In this document: in pieces, positions 1-11,143 of the stretch
Layout: each line of letters begins with the position of its first letter
Position numbering within the stretch: the stretch's first letter is position 1
From: Botryllus schlosseri
Lineage: Eukaryota
Assembly: GCA_051294905.1 (NCBI GenBank)
Contig: CM119378.1
Location: 14,632,001-14,696,000, forward strand
Length of the DNA stretch: 64,000 nucleotides
Direction: 5' to 3'
Translations under genes and position numbers: made by a program
The notes under the pieces: generated by a model
Told to the model about the DNA's origin: nothing
The model's database searches: none
What the model saw: only the letters and a program-made list of their open reading frames with translations

Positions 1-1808
1 CAATTAAAATGAGTGTGCACAGTAGAATATTGCATCTCAGACGGCTATTCTGTTTATGTCAATCCTGAAGTTTTAGCAGTTGTAAAGCGAAACTATGCCT
101 CGTGATTAGGTTATCAACCATTTTTCAAATTTTAAGGTTTCGCAGACCCCCTGCCAATGCTTTGCTGGCCCCTGGGGTTCGCGGACCACCCAGTTGAGAA
201 CTACTCCTATATAGTCATTTATGTCAGATAGCGAAAGTCACTATCTCAATTTAGAGTTGAATATTTGTTGTGGTCGGAATACTGGCGTCGAGTTATTAGC
301 TATTGGGTCAATTGTAACAATGCTGTTGCGTAGCGCATACCCTTTTTATCCTCGTGAAATATTCGTTGCAGGCCACACTGGCTGCTGCTGGGTCAAATGT
401 AATATGTAATGTCGTTCTGGGGTCACGATTTTCTTACGATGATGAAGATTTCAAGGGGATGTTGAAGGCTGTCAATGAAGAGTGAGATATCTGCATGACG
501 AGACCTGATATCATAGACTAGCCTGGGTCATTGTTTATTAGGTTCTCGGATAAAATCTATGCATTTTGTGTCAATATGTTAATGCTCGCACCTCAACTAA
601 GGTTCATTCCGCCATTCTCTAAAGCATACAAGCGACTGTTTGAAGAAATAGATTACGTTGTGGGTAAGCGACGCTTTTCTGCGGTACGCGTTGACCTTAA
701 TTTTAACACTGATCACTAGATTGACATGTGTGATGTTGGATATCATTTTTATTGCAATATGATGTTAGACCAGACAAAGTGAACTGCAAATCTGGATACT
801 GCCAACTGCTTATTGCACCCCTAACTTGAGCGAGACTATTGCTAATACAGTCATAATTACAGTATACCATTTTTTAATATATTTATAAGTCATAACGCAA
901 AAATGAAAGCGAATGTAGCATAAATTTTCCGATATCGGACATTATCCCTGGTCAAAAAAATTTCACTGGATTTGTTAAATGAGAACGTTAGTGCGTGATT
1001 TTAGATATATGTTTTCACGTTGATTTCAGATCTACCTTTAATTTTGTTTTTCTAGCAAATCCTTTTTTCAAGATATGATCGAATAAAAGAATATATATAT
1101 ATGCCTATTTTTCATGACATTTAAAATGTTTAGCATAGTTTTCTTAGACCACATGATTGATGTCAACTCGAAATAACATCCAGCAGCAGACCCCATTATT
1201 CCCTCGTTCCAAAAATCATGATAACGAGATTCTACTTTCACTTCAGATACTTTGGTGTGATTAGAATTGACAATTTTTTTTCGTGTGACAATACATCGTT
1301 TCACGTTCTCTTTGGAGAGTCGATGAAACAAATATTTTCTCATTCAAGAAATTCTGAAAAAAATATGGGAGGAACACAAAATATCACTGGACCCCGAAAA
1401 TCCACGTGATTTTATTGATGAATACTTGATTCGTATGCAAAGCAATGATACGAACGACTCATGGATTAAATAAAGGGTATAAGCTACAGAAGGCCCGTGG
1501 ACAGATTCCATTCATGCATTATAATGGAACCCGCGGCCACACCAATCTCCCTCCTTACCTCGCCAAATAGTTTTAGCAAAATCAGTTTTAGTTTTAGTCA
1601 AATTTTCCGTCCGGCCCTTATGCTATATATGCATATAATCATATGCTGTTTCTTCATAAATGGCATGCACGCATCTGGCGATATTTTTCTCAAATCTACA
1701 TTAATTTTTTCCTCGAGCCGCTATCCGCGGATTTTGCAGAGAAACATACACGTTACGAATTTCCAGAGACAGTTGGACATGACGGTACTTGTGTGGTTCG
1801 GGTATAGC

Positions 1809-3945
1809 CAGGCCGTGTTATTTTTGGCATATGCCAAAACTGCCAAAAATAACTTATTTTTGGCATTTTTCGATTTTTATTTTTGGCAGTTTTGGCATCG
1901 TCCTCTAAATAGATAGTTTTAGCCTCGAATTAGTCACAAAAACGCTTTATTTGGGCTAGTTTGTCAAAAGACACTACAAAATGTGCAGCATCCACGTATA
2001 ATCAGTGCCAACAAACAATAATAAGAAGAAAAAACCTAACGATTTCATAGGTTAATAATACCAAACGAAACCACAAAATGTGCAGTAGCCTATCCATCGG
2101 AATCGGTGCCAATAAGCAAAAAAATAAAGAAAAGCCTAACAAACACGCTCAACAGCTGATTGTTACAGAGCTTCAAAATCTTTGAAGGGCCGAACCGGCT
2201 TCCATTCATCATGAAAAGAGATCACTTCGCCAGTGCCATCGATCTCATCGCGGAAAGAATTTTCTTCCTGATCCTTTTCCAGGAGTTTCCTGTGTTGTCT
2301 CTCAACACATTCTATTTAGTAGCCCGACTATCATTTCTCCTTCAGTCTACCGATATATTTTCGGAGGACTTTTGTCACTTCAAGTGGCTTTAATATTACC
2401 AACTCGCATGGAAGGGTCCTGGGAAGGTTAGCTTGTTTAAAAACATTGACGCAACAAGACTGTCTGGCAAAACGAGACTATCCACCTCAGAAATAGCCAG
2501 ACAGTTTGTTGCGTCACAATGTTCAACTCGATCACAATGCACAAATCGTGGTTGATTTGGGGGGTTCCAGTTCCATGAGCAGAATATAATTTATATTTCA
2601 ATAATCAGTACTGCGGCAGCTTCTCATTGATACCCGTTTTATCAAATTTAGCGCTCAACAAGCCGGTCAAAAATGGTCGTAAAATTGCCTTTGGACAAAT
2701 GGAAAGTATGACGTAGGGGAGATGTGGTACCGATGGATCACTGGGACCGAAAATACTTTGAAAATTCTCTATGATAATTCCATGATTGCACTCCATGAAC
2801 TTGTCTACAATTGCATGCTGGCAAAATCTTTCCTCGCATACAAAAAAATTCGACGTGCGCGAGCAATGGGGTCTCTCACAGATGATTTTTGTTTTAGGGG
2901 TTGTAAACTAAATTTAGATCGACATATACATTTTTCTTTGTAACCTTCAACACGAACAAACCAGCAATCATTTTTATTGTGAAGTGTAGGGCTTGTATCA
3001 GGCTATATAATGGCACCTATTATTTTTTTCAGTACTTTCCTTGAGTGGACTTTTTTTCGATTTATGTATAAAATTCGTTGGGTGGGGACCGATGATACAA
3101 TAGCCAAATCAAGCAAATTAATCAAGCATACTAATCACGAAACAAATGAAACATGCCTACGTATAGAAAATCTTTATGTAATAATTACATATGATGTTTT
3201 ATCGCTATAACGAGGTATTTGGAAGTCACACTGTCGATTTTCAGGCAATATGTATGTACCCTCAAATTTATAAGTCCGAGCCTAAATCGAAACGTGATTT
3301 TATGACAACATTTGCGTTAATATTTATTCTATTTTTTGACAGTTGCGACCAAACATTCTTCTTTGGCTTGCTGTAGCTTAGATTATAATACTGAGCAAGA
3401 AAAGTAGTCACATTTGAGTTTTTAGGGTATATGTGTCATAGGTCCCCGGGTCGTGTGTCATTGGACCCACCGGGTGGGGACCGATGACACGTTCGAGCAA
3501 CAAATTTTGAACGTCCATTAATATTTTTTGAGAAGACGGATATTCATGTATATGTTCGCGATAGGTAGAGCTTGTATCAAAGTGCTGAGCCAGCAAAAGA
3601 TCTGCTGTTTTCGGCTGAACATTTCAGGGTCAGCGATCATTTTCCGATTTTTGATCCATCGGTACCACATCTCCCCTAAACCAAATGCAGTCAGCCGTTC
3701 AATTTCACTGTGCTTTCACCCCTAATGGGTGGGCTGGACCCAGATTAAGAAACCTGCGTTTCACAAACGCTCTTCTCGCTTGTAACGCAGTCCTGTTAAC
3801 ACAACACCATGAAAGAAATACACTATTTGGCAGGCTGTGTTATTTTTGGCATATGCCAAAAATTGCTTATTTTTGGCATTTTCAAATTTTTATTTTTGGC
3901 AGTTTTGGCATCTGGCACCTGAAATGCCAAAAATAACACGGCCTG
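1809..3945. mobile_element. Composite non-autonomous hAT element (2137 bp) in CYP-A intron 6
   Basis: 22-bp TIR CAGGCCGTGTTATTTTTGGCAT at both ends; perfect 8-bp TSD GGTATAGC (1801-1808 and 3946-3953). The paralogous intron of B lacks the insertion. Confidence 0.9.
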
Positions 3946-4983
3946 GGTATAGCCTACATTATGATCAAACATTTCCGATCATAAATAATAATAAGCGGAG
4001 GCTTCGTTCCATGCGAACTAACGGTCGCGTGTGAGTCCTGAGAACTTTTTGAAAATCTTGTGCGAATTACGCTATGCTTCCATTCATCAAGCACTATTTC
4101 TACGCTAACATAAATCGATATATTTGTTTCGCCGACCGAGGATAACAAATTGATGAAGATGCGTATTCTCAATCAACACCCCGATCTCGATTTCCATTAC
4201 TAGTTATAAGCTACTCGCAGCAACCCCTGAATCCTCGTCAAATATATCAACAAATCCGATTATCACTTACGATTCCCCTCAATCAAATGCTGTGACTCCG
4301 ACTCTGCCTGTAAACTCCTTTTTATCGAATTTCGCGAGTCTTGACCCGATTTCCAGGTGACCCGAAATATGATGACTTTCTATACTCGCGACACTGACTC
4401 CGACTCCCGAGTCAGATTGGTAGAAAATACTGGATTTGCAAACTGCGACATCGAACTAGAACTAGAAGTCACTACTCACTTTTCAACACTCACAACTAAA
4501 ACTATAACGACTGTTACGAATGAGCAACTAACTAACAAAAACACAGCTACCTACATTCAATTCTGATAGTGACGACAGTGTCGGTATTTCAGAGGGACGG
4601 GGTTTCTATAGTTTGCAATGGCAACGTTTTCGATCTCCATTCCGCCGGCTGAGTTAGTTGCTCAACACCGGAAAAAGTAGATATCCAGATTCGTTGTAGC
4701 GATTTAAAATCAACGAAGTCTTTTTGTAGGAAAGACAGCTCTATCAAACAGTTCGTGATTTGTTTGTTGCGGGAACTGATACGACTTCGAGCACTCTTAG
4801 ATGGGCTGTGCTTGTCTTTGCTCATCGTCCAGATATTCAACGGAAAGTTCACCAAGAAGTTAAACAAGTTATTGGTAATTATAACTATACTTGAGTAGTA
4901 CATACACTTGCAATACGTGATTCTTATATTGCGGTCTTTTGACATGAGTTGAATCGCCATTTTTCGCTTAACAATGGGTATAG

Positions 4984-6115
4984 CAGGGGTCGACAACCCC
5001 TGGCACGCGTGCCAATTGTGACACGCGAGATGATTTTTCATGGCACGCCGAATGAATTGACTCGCACGACATGTCATAATCATGTTTGTTGCAATAATTT
5101 ATGCATAGGAGTGCTCAAAACGGAAAAAGCTCCAAGATGACCAAAATTATTTCGTAAATCAATCAATGCAATAGTGTCTTTTTGGGCGGGATCTATTTAT
5201 AATGAAAATATTCTTCGCCCCTCACGCGTTTGTTGGAGCCGTATTTGATTTTGCTGTGGATACCACCAAGCAATACATCAAAAAATACGAAATATGCTTA
5301 CTATACAGCAAAGACACCAAACGTATTAGAAATTACGTGAGAACGGCAAGCTAATATTGTATGTGGCCGTTGGCATGCCTTTTAGTCTAGGGGAGCGCGA
5401 TTATTATAAACCGGCATATTTGCCGTGGGTGTTTATAAACTAAGAGACACCAAGACATGCGGGAAACATGAGATTCCGTGAAGTGCTCTCCTAAAATGAT
5501 TGGCGGCGATAAAACCTTAAAATTAAGTAACTGAAGCATGTTGGCCAAAACGTTCGATATTGATATGTCCCGGCGTCGAAATGACCGGCCCCGAATAGTC
5601 CTGTACGTGAGGCGCACGGAGCAAATGAGACCCACCGAGAAAACTAATGGGCCCTGTTTCGAAAAGCTAATTTGGAATCGGTTTCGTCTCACGAAAGGAG
5701 ATTCTATTTTATAGTTTCGCCTGTTACGTGTAAGCGATTCCAATATATTTTTAAACAGCGACAGGTCTTTACTGCGATCTTTAGAGGTTTACAAATAAAC
5801 CTATAGCGTGTCATCAAACCGATTGTATGATACAGGGGTGGGCACTTCTTGTGTCACTTCTTGGCTATGGTACGGAACACAGTAGAATTTGAAACTGCAC
5901 AAGCAACCACAGAAGATTGCTCTTAGCGCAAATAGATTTTTTTTGCAATCACTGGCGTAACCAATGCCGTTGCCAGCTTCCGATAAGCGGTTGGCCGAAT
6001 TCCTTACTTGAAACGATAAATATCACAAAAGTAAGGTTGTTTGACACGCCAGTTGGTAATATTTTTAATATTGCCATATCTTGGCACGCTGCACACGAAC
6101 GGTTGCCGACCCCTG
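4984..6115. mobile_element. Non-autonomous hAT element in CYP-A intron 7
   Basis: TIR CAGGGGTCG(A/G)CAACC; flanks GGGTATAG / TTGTATAG (6 of 8 match, decayed TSD). Confidence 0.7.
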
Positions 6116-6132
6116 TTGTATAGTATTACCAT

Positions 6133-7165
6133 TAGGGTTGCATTTAAAACAAATGCTGTTTAAAATGAACGCCACTTCAAAAAGAACAAAATTGTTTTGT
6201 TTTTCAAATGTTTTATAATTAAGCCATAATTGTGTAAATACTTACGAAAAAATGAGGTATGAGCCTATACCAGAGGCGGTCAACTTCCTCTGTCGGCGGG
6301 CCGGATATGGCAAAATAAAGTACTCGTCGGGCCGAATTTCTGAATCGATACGTTAAACGCGTATTACCCCCTCCCCCTATACAAGAATTATTCATATTTA
6401 AGAGAAACTTCATGTTTGAAGCATAGAGACCTAAGCAGTATTTACAGTATTCAATGAATTTATCAACGTAATGAACTTAAATAACTGGTGAAGCCAATGA
6501 GACATCTGTGGTCGATCAAAGTTCAGAGTTGTGTGCAGGTTCTTCGAACTCTGGCTGCATGTCGGTCACAAAAAATACAAATAACTATTCTTTGTGTCCG
6601 AAAAAAAGAAAAAACGAATAACCTACAGTCACTATAGTTTGATGTAGTGAGAATTGCGGAAAACTGGGACCGACGGCTAGTATATTATCATCTCTGACCA
6701 CAAGCCGTCTGCGGGGCGCTCAAAATCACGTCGCAGACCGTATGTTGGCCGACCCTGACCTATACGGACGATTTGTACCCGATATAGTCAACGTATACGA
6801 AATGAAATCGTTGGTACCCTCGAAATCGTCGTCGGATCAAGAGGTATAGCTCATAGATTTGTAGATCATTGGTACAACATGGATGTTCTGATGATGATGA
6901 CCACCGACCGTAAAATGCTGCATTACAGTGTAGACCTGGTCCAAGATCTTTAAGACAGGAGTCGGAAGCCTTTCGGACAATGGGGTCATATCTGCCCTAT
7001 ATTTTCCATTGTCAATGTCATTTCACTGCAACGTCACAAGTAAAGATACGTGATGTCATGGCTAATAAAAAACAAACAAAATAAAAACAAGAAAAAACAT
7101 GTTTTTAACAGGAACCTTGTGTTAAACATGCTTGCTTTAATTTTTTTGTTTCAAACGTAACCCTA
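6133..7165. mobile_element. TAGGGTTGCA-family MITE with an internal insertion
   Basis: Begins TAGGGTTGCATTTAAAAC and ends ...AACCCTA; same family as 25434-25837 and ~39855-40188. Confidence 0.6.
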
Positions 7166-8584
7166 GTTAATAGGCTTGGCTATTGAACAATTATGGGTAA
7201 ATTATTTAGTTGTGTAAAACGTCCCACTTAATGTCAGAATGATTGATGTAAAACATTGCTAACAATCGGATTGTTACGTGATCAGATCGCACTTCTCCTC
7301 TCGTGGGAAAATGACATAACTCAGTAGCAGTACGACCCGTTTTTCAATACTGACTAAACGCGGTAGATTATTTATGATAGGCACTATAGTTTTGACTCAT
7401 TTTAACTGGTGAACAAACCTTATCTTTAACCTGCTACATAGCTATACCAATGTTTAGCTCGCGAAATATATGTGAGACACTAGAAATGGGCGTTATTGCA
7501 ATCCATCTACTTCTAATATTGTGTGAATGATTACTCAGGTGATGGATTGCCCTCAATGACATGCCGTATGTAAGCGCGTTCATCCTCGAGCTTATGAGAC
7601 ACAGGACTCTGGCTCCTCTCGCAGCCCCGCACGCGACTGTCCGACAAGCGTCATTTCGCGGATACGACATGGCGAAAGGGCAAATGGTAAGTCAGAAATT
7701 GTGATTTTTCGACAACTGTTGTTTTCCTGGAACGTTTGCAGGTTTTGCCCAACATATGGGCGGTCCACCACGATCCGAAGAACTTCGAAAATCCGTCGGA
7801 ATTCAATCCTGAGCGGTTTCTGGACGGTGACGGGAAATTCAACAAACATCCAAGGGTGATCCCTTTTTCACTCGGCCCTCGATATTGTATTGGGGAACAG
7901 CTTGCAAGAATGGAAATATTTCTCTTCCTAACCAGCATAGTTCAACGTTTTGAGATTGTTCCCGATTCGTCAAGACCGCTGCCCGAATTAGACGATGGTA
8001 ATTCTGGAATTACAGAAGTCCCGAAGATGTTCGATGTTTCGTTTAAAGTTAGAATATGATTTCCTCATTGATTGCGGATAATTTCAGTGTAGCTCATCGA
8101 AAAATGATCGCAGCCTATACCAGTCAGGAAAATTGGAAAATTGGTATTTTGTGAAATAACTTTGCGCCACAGATAGATAGGTTCATTTATTTGCCAAACC
8201 TGCGAAATCCGGTAGGGAACAAGTATACAACGTGGAAGCCGTGAGGCCTTCGTACCTCCATATATAGAAGAAACGATACGATGTACGATACGATGGTTCT
8301 CAACCGGGGTGCCAATAGGACTGGCTGGGGAGCCGCGAGAAAATAAGGTATACAGTCGTTCCCAACCTTTTTGTCTTCGCGGACCCCGTTTTGGGCCGTC
8401 ACGGACTATTCATAGAAACAAACAACAACTGTCGTCTATTACATTTTGTGGCATGTTTATAGCTCAATCAGAGCCACAAGAAGGCTACCTCGGAGCCGCG
8501 GTTGGGAATCAATGGTCTACAAGCTAAACTTAAAGTTGCGTGCGAATAAATAACGAAAATCTGATTGTATCTCATTGCATATCT

Positions 8585-8815
8585 CAGGGGTGTCAAACAT
8601 ACGGCCCGCCAGACGATTTCATCAAGCCCACGAAGCGATTATGATATTACAGCACATTTCTGACAAATGTTGAGATTTTTAGTACGAAATACTTTCTCTA
8701 AATAATCCCCGAAGACAGCAAATGTCGAGTATGTTCAGAGGCCACCGATATGACAGCGGAATCGTGGTTTCACAGTAGTCACCATAAGCAACAAATCGCC
8801 TCCATTGACACCCTG
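8585..8815. mobile_element. hAT MITE, CAGGGGTGTCAAAC family (short derivative)
   Basis: Left end nearly identical to the element at 47634; right end TTGACACCCTG. Confidence 0.6.
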
Positions 8816-10190
8816 TTCCTATAAGAGTTCAGGGTTTATTGAAAATGGATCAAAAAGTAGTTATTCACAGAAGTGAAAACGCTAGTTAGAAAACGGTATA
8901 TGCGGGTTACATGAAGAATATAATTGTTACACAAAAAGAGAATTCAAATATTCCTGGTCGCACTCCTTTTTCGCTTATGACTAACAGCTTCTCGTCCTCC
9001 AGAAAAAAATACGGAATCGCGGTATAATAATAATGAACCAAATTTCAACGTCAGTTAAAATATCTTGCATTCCTCCCACCACGACGCATACACGGACATA
9101 TTGCCAGATTATGACTAAACAAAGCAATGAAAGATGTATGTCAAGGTCTAGCGTCGTTGAAGCCACTGTTTTCGCAGTTTATATAACTGTATTCAACCAG
9201 CAATCGAGTCGTCATTTATCGTTCACTCGACTTGACTCGAGTCATTTTCTCGTCCTAATTCGCTGTACCAAACATCGTACGCCTTGAAATCTTAGCTTGC
9301 ACAATGCTTTGAATAATTGGAGCAGTGGTTCCCAACTGGGGGGAATTCCCCCCTTAGGGGGTATTTTGTAGTTTTCAAGGGGAATTTTGCTTTATAATAT
9401 ATAACGGATTTACCCAATGTTTCATTTCCGAACTGTCAAGTAGAAAATTAGATATTTCCGAGCGTATGTTCTTTTCGGGTGTTTTTGTTGTTGTTGCTGG
9501 AAGTATGTTCAACTGCTATTTGAAATCTCTAGTGGCAATTAGTCCAACGTCATCGATTCAAAAGAGATCGCAAGTGAACTTACTTTATTTTTAGTGAACA
9601 GCTACCCGAGCGATAAAAACATGCTAAACCTATGGTGCAATGTTGCCAAAACGGAAAGTGACGAACTATAATTTCTTGTGCTATATTTTTTAGCCAGAGG
9701 GCGAAAGGGACCATGACTTCAATTCTTTAGTAGTTTAATGAGCAATAAATAGACTATCTGGGGGCAAATTCATTTAATCTGAGAAATCTGAAAACCAAAA
9801 ATGAATAAAATAACGCATTAATACGCTTGATTTACAGAATTGAGTAAAACTTTATTTGAAATTATGAACGGACGGTATTTTTTTAGTCTCGCTTGAGGCA
9901 GTAGGGATACATCAGTCTAGAGTTGTGCAGTAGGCTAGTGCGGGACCATTGCGCACGTGCATATTCGCGCTAGGACACATCATGACATATGAACGTTTCT
10001 CAAAATCTGCGAATCCGCAAAGTGTGCCCCCAGAAAAATCGACGGTGATAACACTTAAAATCCAAAATGACCGACAAATGTTTACCGAACAATCGATATT
10101 GATATGACTGCGTGGCTCCGAATAGTCTGCCCTTGAAATCTGAGCCCAGCGGTACAAATGAGACCCGACGAGGAAACACATCACCTAGGC

Positions 10191-10670
10191 AACAGGAAGT
10201 GAGATTTATTGCTCATGTTTGCTCCAAAGTTTACATATATGCAGATACCAATTCTCGGACCAACTGTTTGTAATTGGGTGCTTTGTAATCTACATCCTAG
10301 AAGGGACTCCATGCAATGAGACCCTGTCTTAGCATGAAATTGGAATCTTTCATACGTGTTCGAATCTGAGGTTCATCAAAGATACCAGATTTAAGCTTCT
10401 CGTTTGATAGGGATACTAGGTATCTACCCCCTTTTTCGGCTCAGCGAAAAATTATCGATTTAAAAATCGAAAGAGATGAGACGCATATGTGTAATTTAGT
10501 TATGTTCTCCAGAGAAAAACTTGATAGCTTTATACTCCTCTTTCATCTTGGTAGAATGACCAATTGGTACAGGAGAAAATATATTTCCGTTGTGCAAAAG
10601 TACAATTTTTAGGCTTGACAAACTGCTTTTTTAACATACAAAGATCTTGATGGAATAAGTGAGAACGACA
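10191..10670 (+). repeat. Left arm of a ~0.5 kb inverted repeat pair (partner 14801-15301)
   Basis: AACAGGAAGTGAGATTT...GACAAACTGCTTTTTTAACA matches the reverse complement of 14801-15301 along its length, with substitutions and small indels. Confidence 0.85.
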
Positions 10671-11143
10671 ACTACGAACAACAACGAGTACTGAAAATGT
10701 CGTTGTGTTGACTAAAATTAAAGGTCATTTGCCATTGATATACTCTCGAATGACTCGCTCGAACTCCGCATTACAGATTTCGCGTCATTCGCGTTTTTTA
10801 ATTCAGTCTGTCCATTAGCTTTCAAAGCTATAAAGTAGGACGAGGAGACACGAACACTGGGAATCCGCACACCGTGAGCATTTCTCAATCACCATTCAAC
10901 GTATTCAGTCAACTATCACGCAATCAAGAAGCCAGAACGCTGACAGGCAGTGAAAGCGCACTTGTATTGTATCCTAGAAGTATTCAAGTATTACGTAAGA
11001 AATGAAAATTACAGACCGCACCGCAGACCTTCACGCACATCGGTCAAAATGAAATACGTAATGCCGCCCCATTTCGAAATTGATTTCTTGCGAGCAGAGA
11101 AGAAAATGCAGAAATGACGATATTGTCGCCATACAGTGTGACG

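Larger units (their letters stand above)
372..8059 (+). pseudogene. Cytochrome P450 (CYP2 clan) paralog A, disabled; exons 1-3 lie upstream of the window
   Basis: Exons by homology to B/C: 372-481, 542-663, 1349-(1470), 4730-4874 (I-helix AGTDTTS), 7539-7686, 7742-8059 (PERF; heme motif FSLGPRYCIG). Lesion 1: the exon 6 donor (GTGAGT in B and C) is replaced and the frame runs into TAA at 1471-1473. Lesion 2: exon 8 is 148 nt versus 161 nt in B and C, a 13-nt deletion between two ATGA repeats, giving TAA at 7571-7573. Confidence 0.9.
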
